Assembly: GCA_963815505.1 (NCBI GenBank)
Contig: CAWFGU010000001.1
Location: forward strand, 12,111-36,110
From: Rhodothermales bacterium
GTDB lineage: Bacteria > Bacteroidota > Rhodothermia > Rhodothermales > BA12
Length of the DNA: 24,000 nucleotides
Direction of reading: 5' to 3'
How positions within the stretch are numbered: the stretch's first letter is position 1; each line of letters opens with the position of its first letter. The position numbers and the translations under genes are program-made. Below, one piece after another: positions 6,559 through 13,744 of this stretch. The notes under the pieces are model-generated. The model searched no databases. It worked only from the letters and a program-made list of their open reading frames with translations, and was not told where the DNA came from.

Positions 6559-6724
6559 GCATAACCAGTAATTGTGAGGACGGCAGACTGTTATTCCGGC
6601 CCGCCGTCCGGGTAACGGAGAGCAGGATACGACGCAACTCCGGCAAAGACAACGGCTAGACCCCGCCCGGCGAGAACGCATACCGGACGCCGTCCGGATA
6701 AACAGTTTTCCACAGGGGTTATGC
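6559..6724 (-). promoter_or_regulatory. candidate attI region (crossover core GTTATGC on the minus strand at 6559-6565), probably with the divergent intI and cassette promoters
   Basis: This is the last core site before intI. It lacks the conserved attC arms. An inverted core, GTTATGC at 6718-6724, overlaps the intI ATG. There is an internal imperfect inverted repeat, ctgttattccgg (6588-6599) with ccggataaacag (6694-6705). Confidence 0.45.
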
Positions 6725-7761
6725 CAGACGATCTAGCGTGTCTAAAAGGGCAACTCGCCTCCTTTTCCGTGCCCGACGACGCCCCACGCCCCCGCCTGCT
6801 GCACGCCCTCACCAGCGCCTGCCGACGCCGAGGATACAGCCTACACACCGAGCGCGCCTACGCCCTCTGGACCCGCCGCCTCGTCCACTTCCACCAGCGC
6901 CGAGTGGGACGCGCCGTCCACCCACTCGACATGGACGAGGCCGACGTATCCGCTTTCCTGTCGCACCTCGCCGTCGAACGCAACGTCGCCGCGGCCACCC
7001 AGCGGCAGGCACTCTGCGCGCTCGTCTTCCTGTTCACCCACGTGCTCCATCGCCCCCTCGCCGTACTCGACGTGACGCGCGCCAGACGACCCCGACGCCT
7101 GCCCGCCGTCCTCTCGGTCGCCGATACGGGACGCCTCCTCGCCGCACTCACCCACCCGACCGCCGATCTCATCGCCCGCCTGCTCTACGGGTCCGGCCTG
7201 CGTCTGAGCGAGGCGCTGCGCCTGCGCGTCAAAGACCTCGACTTCGACCGGCTCTCCCTCACCGTTCGCGACGGAAAGGGCGCCAAGGACCGCCTCACCG
7301 TCCTGCCGCGGCCACTCGTCGAGCCACTACGCAAGCAGATCGACCGCGCACTCGAACGCCACCGACGCGACCGGACCGACGGCATCGCGGGCGTCTACCT
7401 GCCCCACGCCCTCGCCCGCAAATACCCGTCGGCCCCACTCGAAGCAGCGTGGCAGTGGGTCTTTCCCTCGCCCACCCTCTCCGTCGACCCGCGCGCCCAC
7501 GTCACGCGCCGACACCACGTCTCCGACACGCTCGTCCAGAAGGCCGTCAAGCGCGCCGCCGCCGGATGCGGACTCCGTCTCCGCGTCACGCCGCACACCC
7601 TGCGCCACTGCTTTGCGACGCACCTGCTCGAATCGGGGACCGACATCCGCACGGTTCAGAGCCTGCTCGGGCACGCCTCCATCAAGACGACGCAGATCTA
7701 CCTCCACGTCACCCAGAGCGCCGTCGCCGCCGTCAGCCCACTCGAACGCCTCGCAGCCTGA
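6721..7761 (+). CDS. intI: integron integrase IntI (tyrosine recombinase, 346 aa)
   Basis: Collinear with remembered IntI1: YSLHTERAYALWTRRLVHFH, LLYGSGLRLSEALRLRVKDLDF, DGKGAKDR, HTLRHCFATHLL and LLGHASIKTTQIYLHV, so the R, K, HxxR, H and Y catalytic residues are present. It also has the IntI-specific insertion YLPHALARKYPSAPLEAAWQWVFPSPTLSVDPRAHVTRRHH (about nt 7390-7518). Confidence 0.95.
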   Translation: MPDDLACLKGQLASFSVPDDAPRPRLLHALTSACRRRGYSLHTERAYALWTRRLVHFHQRRVGRAVHPLDMDEADVSAFLSHLAVERNVAAATQRQALCALVFLFTHVLHRPLAVLDVTRARRPRRLPAVLSVADTGRLLAALTHPTADLIARLLYGSGLRLSEALRLRVKDLDFDRLSLTVRDGKGAKDRLTVLPRPLVEPLRKQIDRALERHRRDRTDGIAGVYLPHALARKYPSAPLEAAWQWVFPSPTLSVDPRAHVTRRHHVSDTLVQKAVKRAAAGCGLRLRVTPHTLRHCFATHLLESGTDIRTVQSLLGHASIKTTQIYLHVTQSAVAAVSPLERLAA

Positions 7762-8012
7762 CCCATCCGCGCCCCGAACCGATCCGTCCGCTCCCTCTCG
7801 CAGTCCGTCCGCACATCGACCCGACTCATCCGCACACCCGCGCCCCCCATCCGCGCCCCGCCCTCGCCCATCTGTCCCCTTTCCATGCCCGTCCGCTCTT
7901 CTTTGCCACCCATCCGCGCACCCGACTTACCCATCCGCACCCCGAACCGGCCCATCCGCCCCTCCGAGCCATTCGTCCGCTCCCCGGAATGACCCGTCCG
8001 CTTATACCATTT
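7761..8012 (+). repeat. 12 tandem units of exactly 21 bp, with conserved 10-mer RCCCRTCCGC and variable 11-nt spacers
   Basis: TCCGC, or the variant TCTGT at 7871, starts at 7766, 7787, 7808, 7829, 7850, 7871, 7892, 7913, 7934, 7955, 7976 and 7997. The spacing is a constant 21 bp. The array fills the gap between the intI stop and the next gene. Confidence 0.9.
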
Positions 8013-8030
8013 CTTCACACACCAACTCCT

Positions 8031-8681
8031 ATGTCCTTCGCCTCCCTCCCGCTCGCCGACCTGATCCGTGACGCCCGCACACTCTACACCGGCGCCCGAG
8101 ACACCCCCGATGCCGCCGCTCTGCTCGCCGATTACTACACCGTCCCCGACGACTTCGACGCCGGGCTGACCCTCGTCGCCGACGTCGTCGCCCTAGATGC
8201 CACTCAGAAAGTCGAATACGCCGACCAGTTCGCCGCCACGTCCGAAGCCCAACGCCTGACCGAAGAGGTCAAGAGCCGCTATTCCGCCCACCGGCGCATC
8301 TCCCGCCGTGCCCACGCGCGCGACTCGGAAGGCCACCGCGCCCTCGCCCTCTCGGGCGACACACCCAACGGACGCGCCGACCTCCTGCGCCGAGCCGGGA
8401 CCTTCTGGCAGACCATCGTCGACCGCCCCGACCTCGTCTCAGGCGTACGCGGCCTCGACGCCGCCCGCGCCCAAGACGCCCTCGCCCTACTCGAAACCGC
8501 CCGCACCGCCGACGACGCCCAGACCCAGGAAACCGGCCAGGCCCAACGCGCCACCGACGCCCGAGACACCCAGGTGGCCCAGCTACGCCGCGACGCCGGA
8601 GAACTCGCCGAAATCGCCCACATCGCCCTGTCGGACCGCCCCCAACTCCTCGAAACCCTCGGCCTGATGGACCGCCGCTGA
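8031..8681 (+). CDS. hypothetical protein (216 aa), predicted mostly helical, Ala/Asp/Arg-rich
   Basis: ATG at 8031 (alternative ATG at 7989), TGA at 8679-8681. This is the real 3' part of the artefactual 6738..8681 ORF. No family recognised. Confidence 0.7.
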   Translation: MSFASLPLADLIRDARTLYTGARDTPDAAALLADYYTVPDDFDAGLTLVADVVALDATQKVEYADQFAATSEAQRLTEEVKSRYSAHRRISRRAHARDSEGHRALALSGDTPNGRADLLRRAGTFWQTIVDRPDLVSGVRGLDAARAQDALALLETARTADDAQTQETGQAQRATDARDTQVAQLRRDAGELAEIAHIALSDRPQLLETLGLMDRR

Positions 8682-8695
8682 TGCTGACAGCGAGA

Positions 8696-8738
8696 CCCCT
8701 CCGCCGCTGGCGCGCCACCTCCCCTTGAAAAGGGGAGG
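8696..8738. repeat. palindromic element A, copy 1
   Basis: cccctccgccgctggcgcgccacctccccttgaaaaggggagg contains the hairpin CCTCCCC-ttgaaaa-GGGGAGG. It is repeated essentially identically at 9325-9367. Confidence 0.85.
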
Positions 8739-8753
8739 ACAGTCCGCCCGCCT

Positions 8754-8868
8754 CGACCCGAAGCACCCGTCACTCCCGACCCGAAGCGCCCGTCACTCCC
8801 GACCCGAAGCGCCCGTCACTCCCGACCCGAAGCACCCGTCCCTCCCGACCCGAAGCACCCGTCCCCTC
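8754..8868. repeat. 23-bp tandem repeat x5 (cgacccgaagcRcccgtcMctcc)
   Basis: Units start at 8754, 8777, 8800, 8823 and 8846. They sit between element A copy 1 and element B copy 1. The second A-B copy has a single related 58-bp spacer instead. Confidence 0.9.
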
Positions 8869-8932
8869 CTTAGACAAGGAGGGGTGCCCGTCAGGGCGGG
8901 GTGGTCCGAGCGGCACCCTCCCAAACCACCCG
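8863..8932. repeat. structured element B, copy 1
   Basis: CCCCTCCTT-agac-AAGGAGGGG hairpin, then GCCC-gtca-GGGC, then ggtggtccgagcGGCACCCTCCcaaaccaccc. Repeated at 9426-9494 with a few substitutions. Confidence 0.85.
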
Positions 8933-8940
8933 CCCCCACC

Positions 8941-9303
8941 ATGGGACGTATCCACAACCGCTCTGCCTACACGCCGCGCCGCAAAGAACTGCGCACGCAC
9001 GGCACACACGCAGAAGCCGTACTGTGGCTCGCGCTGCGCAAGAGCGGCCTGCGGGGGCGCAAGTTTCGCCGACAGCACGGCATCGGTCCGTTCATAGTCG
9101 ACTTTTACTGCCCGGCGGAACGCCTCATTCTCGAACTCGACGGGAGCGTCCACGACGACCCACTGCGGGCTGCCTACGACCGAGACCGGCAGCGCGCGAT
9201 CGAAACGCTCGGGCTACGGGTGCTCCGCATTCCCAACAGAGCTGTGCTGAACCGACGCGCCGACGTGCTGGACTGGATTGCCCAACACTTCGCGAGCGGA
9301 TAG
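8941..9303 (+). CDS. DUF559 endonuclease-domain protein (Vsr-like fold, 120 aa)
   Basis: MGRIHNRSAYTPRRKELRTHGTHAEAVLWLALRKSGLRGRKFRRQHGIGPFIVDFYCPAERLILELDGSVHD...LGLRVLRIPN is the characteristic DUF559 pattern. The ORF-track start at 8725 extends into the repeats. Confidence 0.85.
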   Translation: MGRIHNRSAYTPRRKELRTHGTHAEAVLWLALRKSGLRGRKFRRQHGIGPFIVDFYCPAERLILELDGSVHDDPLRAAYDRDRQRAIETLGLRVLRIPNRAVLNRRADVLDWIAQHFASG

Positions 9304-9324
9304 CCTCAGCGTAGGACAGCGCCC

Positions 9325-9367
9325 CCCCTCCGCCGCTGGCGCGCCACCTCCCCTTGAAAAGGGGAGG
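9325..9367. repeat. palindromic element A, copy 2
   Basis: Same 43-bp sequence as 8696-8738. Confidence 0.85.
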
Positions 9368-9425
9368 GCAGGATAGCCTCGACACACCCTTCACCGGTAA
9401 CCCTCAACCCAGCGACAGCGCCCTT

Positions 9426-9494
9426 CCCCTCCTTGGACAAGGAGGGGTGCCCGTCAGGGCGAGGTGGTCCGAGCGGCACCCTCCCAAACCACCC
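9426..9494. repeat. structured element B, copy 2
   Basis: cccctccttggacaaggaggggtgcccgtcagggcgaggtggtccgagcggcaccctcccaaaccaccc. It lies between the convergent DUF559 and pilQ genes and may act as a terminator. Confidence 0.85.
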
Positions 9495-9509
9495 CCAAAC
9501 GCCACCTTC

Positions 9510-10865
9510 TCACCGATCCCGCATCTCCACCCCCAGATCCACCCGAGCAGGCTCCCCGGCCCTACGCAGCGCTTCCTCGACCGCGCGGCGGCGCTCGTCG
9601 TAGAGTTGACCGTCCCGCTTCGGCAAGCGGGCGCGGTCGGGCAGCGTGTCCAGCACGTCGGCCTGGAGCACGATCACGAGCTCGCGCTCCTCCTCCAAAC
9701 TCACCTCGTAGCCGAACACGTAGCGCAAACCGAAGAACCAGCCGGGCAGGTCCTTGAGAACGGGGATGCCACGGCGCTCGTACGAGGTCTGCGTCGACGA
9801 CAGCCCGGCGATGATCGTCTGCTCGCCGTCGAGCAGGACGATCTTGGTGTCCGAACGGGTGCGGTCGACGATGGGGATCGCACCCGACGACACGCGCCCG
9901 CTCGACCGCTCCACGCCCACGTCGAGGTGGATGAACTCGAGATCCTGCTCCTCGCCGCCCGCCCCGATGCGTTCGGTGAACAGCGTCGGCGTCACGTCCA
10001 CGATGATGCCGGTCTGCAAGAACTGCGTGACGGTGTTGCCCGCGAAGTCGCGCGTTTGATAGGGAAAGTCCGTGCCGATCTGGATGCGGCCCGCCTCGCC
10101 GCTCTGCACGCTTACCTGCGGGCTGGCGAGCGTCCGCCCCATACCTTCGCGCTCGTAGTAGCGGATCAGGCTGGTCAGCGTCGCCGTCGAGATGTCGGCG
10201 GGCAGGCTGACGACGCCGCCGATGCTGATGCGCCCGTCCACTCCTCGGTCCAGCCCCGTCGCACCGCTCAGGTCGACGTTGACGCCGGTTCCGGTCGAGA
10301 TGTCGTCGGCAGCCAGCAGCACGTCCCAGTTGACGCCTTTGTCGCGCGCCTCACTGGCGTTGATCTCGAACAGGATCGCGTTGATCTGAATCTCACGCGT
10401 GGCCGTCGTCACGTTGGGCACGTTGCCGCCGCCGCCCTGCGTCGACGGGCGGATGAGCCCGGCAGGACCGTCCTGCACGCGCCCCGCCGAGATCGACGCC
10501 CCCGCGACGGCAGCCGCCCCGTCGACGTTGGACCCGCCGAGTACGAAATAGCGCTCGTTCTCGCGGAACGTCAGCCCATTGGCGCGCAGCACCAGGTTGA
10601 ACGCGTCCATGAAGTGCATCCCCGAAATGGTGACGCCGATGGGCAGGTCGCTGCCTTCGGGATCGATCACGATCTTTCCGGTCTCGCGCTCGAACATCGG
10701 CTCGAGCATCGCCAGAAAGCGGCTCATCGGCACGTCCGACTGGAACGACACCAAGTCCTCGGGCGGCACGTACGTGCGCATCACGCGCTCCGAAGGTTGC
10801 GTCTGGGCGTCCGCAAAGCGCGCAAATGCGCAGGCGAGCAGAAGGAGCAGGAAGAAGCGGGACAT
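9510..10865 (-). CDS. pilQ: secretin, PilQ/GspD family (451 aa from ATG 10865)
   Basis: Signal peptide MSRFFLLLLLACAFARFADAQ. C-terminal secretin pattern: LASPQVSVQSGEAGRIQIG...IPIVDRTRSDTKIVLLDGEQTIIAGL...RGIPVLKDLPGWFFGLRYVFG...ELVIVLQADV. Confidence 0.85.
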   Translation of the reverse strand: MSRFFLLLLLACAFARFADAQTQPSERVMRTYVPPEDLVSFQSDVPMSRFLAMLEPMFERETGKIVIDPEGSDLPIGVTISGMHFMDAFNLVLRANGLTFRENERYFVLGGSNVDGAAAVAGASISAGRVQDGPAGLIRPSTQGGGGNVPNVTTATREIQINAILFEINASEARDKGVNWDVLLAADDISTGTGVNVDLSGATGLDRGVDGRISIGGVVSLPADISTATLTSLIRYYEREGMGRTLASPQVSVQSGEAGRIQIGTDFPYQTRDFAGNTVTQFLQTGIIVDVTPTLFTERIGAGGEEQDLEFIHLDVGVERSSGRVSSGAIPIVDRTRSDTKIVLLDGEQTIIAGLSSTQTSYERRGIPVLKDLPGWFFGLRYVFGYEVSLEEERELVIVLQADVLDTLPDRARLPKRDGQLYDERRRAVEEALRRAGEPARVDLGVEMRDR

Positions 10866-10957
10866 GGCAGAGCGGGAAGAGACGGTGCGAAGAGACGGGC
10901 GAAGACGGTGCGAAACCGTGGCGAAACCGGGGCGGACCGGCGATCCGCCCACAGGAA

Positions 10958-11905
10958 TCAGTTGGCGTCGGGCGTGGGGCGAAGCGAGTCGAGGATCGAG
11001 CCGCCCTCGAGGCGCATCGTCACGTCGTCGACGATGCCGCCTTTGTTGAGCCGCGCCGTGACCAAGCTGGCGCGCGGGTCGATGCGGGTGATGCGGCCCA
11101 GGTAGACTTCGTCGCCCTCGGACAGCGTGCGGTACCCCTGCGCGTCGCGGAAGACGGCGCGCCCGTCGGCGATCGACACCAGATCCGATGTCTCCATGTC
11201 GACGTGGCCGAACGTGTTGGGCGGCAGCGACGCGCTCACGTGCGGATAGAACGGGTTGCCGACCGGTCGCAGCGACGGCATCACGCCATCGGGAACGGCA
11301 GGCGGCAGGTCGTCGGGCAGGCTACCGGCTTCGGCGCTCATCCCGGCGGCCCCGCCGAAGAGGGCTTCGACGGTCATCGTAAAGCCGACCACCACGTCGC
11401 GGCGCGGGCGGCCCTGACTGTCCTCCTGAACCAGGTCCATGTGATCCAGGTCGAGGCGCGTGACGCGGTAGAAGCGTCGGTTGTTTTCGAGCTTCCACAC
11501 CAGCCGGTACAGGCTGGCGTAGTTGGCCTCCCCGACGGCTTCGAGTTGGTAGGCCCGGTAGCCGTCGTTTTCATAGACCCCGCCCACGGTCAGGTCGAAG
11601 CGTTCGAAGCCGTCGCGCGTCAGGTCGTTGAGGTACCCCACCACGTCGGGCGAGCGCAGCGTCGTCGGGACGACTTTGTAGCGGGCGTTCCAGCGCGCCT
11701 CCACGTCTCGGGCCATCTCGTCGGTTTCGACCATCTGCGCCATCAGCGCCGTCGTCTCCTGGCCTTTGATCTCGGCGGCGCGGGCGCGCTGGTCGAGCGT
11801 TTCCATCTCGGCGGGCTGCAAAAAGAACGTCAGCCAGACGCCCAGGCCCGCGACGACCAGCCAGCAGGTGGTCAGGATCAGAATATTGGCTCTAGTCGGG
11901 TTCAT
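10958..11905 (-). CDS. PilO-like pilus assembly protein with a C-terminal beta-rich extension (possibly PilP-like), 315 aa
   Basis: N-terminal TM (ILILTTCWLVVAGLGVWLTFFL), then a coiled-coil segment and a globular core. The start overlaps the upstream stop (ATGA at 11902-11905). The C-terminal 80 aa (DLVSIADGRAVFRDAQGYRTLSEGDEVYLGRITRIDPRASLVTARL) resemble the PilP fold pattern. Confidence 0.6.
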   Translation of the reverse strand: MNPTRANILILTTCWLVVAGLGVWLTFFLQPAEMETLDQRARAAEIKGQETTALMAQMVETDEMARDVEARWNARYKVVPTTLRSPDVVGYLNDLTRDGFERFDLTVGGVYENDGYRAYQLEAVGEANYASLYRLVWKLENNRRFYRVTRLDLDHMDLVQEDSQGRPRRDVVVGFTMTVEALFGGAAGMSAEAGSLPDDLPPAVPDGVMPSLRPVGNPFYPHVSASLPPNTFGHVDMETSDLVSIADGRAVFRDAQGYRTLSEGDEVYLGRITRIDPRASLVTARLNKGGIVDDVTMRLEGGSILDSLRPTPDAN

Positions 11906-13728
11906 CGGATGTCGAGGCTAGCGGTGGCGGTGGGAAGAGAGGCGTCCGAAGCCGCGTCGATAGCGGCCTGGGCGCGCAGGTATTCGGCGGCTTCGGGGAG
12001 CGCGCGGCCCAGTCCCAGCGTGAGCGTGTAGCTGTAGACCGGGAAGTCGCGCACGTCGGCGAACGAGAGCGTCTCGATGTCGCCGCCGACGCGGTCGGCG
12101 AACGTGACGACGCCGTCGCGCGCCGTGGACGTGCCCGAGAGGGAGAGTTTCGTCATCGACGCGTCGTGGGTCCAGCTTTCGATCCACAGCCCCTGCGTCC
12201 CCCTGGCCGCCGCCGACACTTCTTCGAGCGCGTTGCTCCACCGGTCGCTTCCGATGAGGAGCGAGTCGAGCACTTCGAGGGCGTTGAGGTAGCCCAGCGT
12301 CGCCGTCTGGACCGAGTCGATCCGAGACTGCAGCGCCGACGCCGTCGCCGTCGCCGTTTCGGGCGAGAGCATCGCCACCTGGGTCCGGCGCTCAGCCAGT
12401 TCGTTTTCTTGCATCACGTAGCGCCCCGAGAAGAAGAACGCCGTCGCCGCCACGAGCAGGATCAGCGCGTAGACGTGCCACGAGTAGGGCAGCCTGAACC
12501 GCCGACGCGCCAGAGCCGCAGGCAGCAGGTTGACGCGAGGAAACGCGTCGCTCGGAACGATCATTCGGTGCGCCGCAGCATAGGCCAGCACGAACGCGCC
12601 GCCCACTTCGTCTTCGGGCCCGGCCGACAGGTCGTGCGGCACCAGGTCGCGGACCGAGTGGATGCGCGCGTCGGGGAAGAACATCCCCAGATAGTGCGCC
12701 AGGTCGTGCTCCTGGTGATCGCTGAGCACCAGGATGCGGTCGATCTCGCCGATGCCGTGTTCGTCCTGCTGCAGGAGCAGACGCGAGCAGATGGTCTCGG
12801 GCGCGTCGTAGGCCGTCAGCGAGTTGAGCGAGCCATAGTGCGACAGCGTCTGGCCGCTGAGCGCGAGCACCAACGTGTCTTCTCCGCTGGCCCGTACGAC
12901 GAGCGTCGTCCTCCCTCCCTCGGTCGAGGGCGCGATCGTCGGCAGGTCGAGTGCCTGCCCGTCGCCGCCCGCCGCGTCGTCGCTTTGGGACTGGGCGTCG
13001 CGGATCAGGTCGTCGGCACTTCGGGCCAGCCCGACGAGCAGCGACACTTCCGAATCGATCCGCTGCACCGGTGGGGCGCCTCGACTGATCTCACGCAGCG
13101 CTTTGACGCTCTGGACCGCCGCATCATCGGCCATCGGTGCAACGGCGAGCCAGCGCGCCGCCCCCAGATCGCCCGGAGTCATCGGCTCGAACGCGACGCG
13201 CTCGGCGTCGGCGTCGCCGAACTGCTCGGCCAGGATCGCCAGCAGCAGCTTGCGCCGCTTGTCGTCCGTGACGGCAGCCGCCGATTCAGACTCGACGACG
13301 ACGTACGACACGTCGCGGTCGGCGACGATCGACGTGCTGGGGATCAGGTCCAAGGCGTCGCGGCACTCATCGAGCAGGTCGCGCAGTTCGCTGTCGAACG
13401 GATCGCCTACCTGGACCGTCCGCGTCGGACTGGCGCCGGGCGTCGCGCCCGACAGATCGCCGAACTCTCCGGCCAGAAACAGGTCGCCGCCTCCGCCGCC
13501 CGGCGCCCCAAACTGGATCATCGCCCCATCGTCGACCATCTCGCCTTCGGGCGCGGCCATCGCCATCGCGGGCGTCGCCGTTTCTACCGTGGCGTACTGC
13601 GACCGGCTGCGCGTGAACCGGCGCACGACCGACGGCCCGCCGTCGCCGGAGGCAAGCAGGACGCCGTAGACCGAGCGGGGCGTCACGGTGACGCCCAGAG
13701 CGTGGGAGTGGGGAGCGCGTGGTTTCAT
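11902..13728 (-). CDS. fused PilM-like (actin-type ATPase fold) / PilN-like protein, 608 aa
   Basis: The N-terminal ~400 aa is cytoplasmic. Next comes the PilN signature RVNLLPAALARRR, then a TM (WHVYALILLVAATAFFF) and a periplasmic coiled coil plus domain. Gene order matches pilMNOPQ. Confidence 0.65.
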   Translation of the reverse strand: MKPRAPHSHALGVTVTPRSVYGVLLASGDGGPSVVRRFTRSRSQYATVETATPAMAMAAPEGEMVDDGAMIQFGAPGGGGGDLFLAGEFGDLSGATPGASPTRTVQVGDPFDSELRDLLDECRDALDLIPSTSIVADRDVSYVVVESESAAAVTDDKRRKLLLAILAEQFGDADAERVAFEPMTPGDLGAARWLAVAPMADDAAVQSVKALREISRGAPPVQRIDSEVSLLVGLARSADDLIRDAQSQSDDAAGGDGQALDLPTIAPSTEGGRTTLVVRASGEDTLVLALSGQTLSHYGSLNSLTAYDAPETICSRLLLQQDEHGIGEIDRILVLSDHQEHDLAHYLGMFFPDARIHSVRDLVPHDLSAGPEDEVGGAFVLAYAAAHRMIVPSDAFPRVNLLPAALARRRFRLPYSWHVYALILLVAATAFFFSGRYVMQENELAERRTQVAMLSPETATATASALQSRIDSVQTATLGYLNALEVLDSLLIGSDRWSNALEEVSAAARGTQGLWIESWTHDASMTKLSLSGTSTARDGVVTFADRVGGDIETLSFADVRDFPVYSYTLTLGLGRALPEAAEYLRAQAAIDAASDASLPTATASLDIR

Positions 13729-13744
13729 GGCGGAAATCGGTGGC

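Noticed and set aside
6167-6681. ORFs 6167..6388 (+) and 6415..6681 (-) in the attI-proximal cassette
   Set aside because: Both are Arg/Ser/Cys-rich with no domain signature. The 6415..6681 ORF crosses the presumed attI crossover point. No alternative minus-strand ORF longer than about 47 aa was found by manual translation.
6580-6720. LexA box in the intI promoter region
   Set aside because: No CTGT-N8-ACAG match was found; acagttttccacag has the wrong spacing and orientation. LexA motifs also differ between phyla, so nothing can be claimed.
7613-8071. ORF encoding heptad repeats (DPSAPRT and similar) across the 21-bp array
   Set aside because: It starts inside intI in a different frame and has no independent start at the array. 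The periodicity reflects the 21-bp DNA repeat, and all three frames are open.
6738-8681. 647-aa ORF spanning intI, the 21-bp array and the next gene
   Set aside because: Up to 8030 it is an alternative frame of intI and of the repeat array, giving a Pro/Arg/His-rich product. Only the part from ATG 8031 looks like a real protein.
8725-8940. N-terminal extension of the DUF559 ORF, and the MKRGGQ... ORF at 9354
   Set aside because: The extensions are translations of the repeated hairpin elements A and B. The DUF559 homology starts at the internal ATG 8941.
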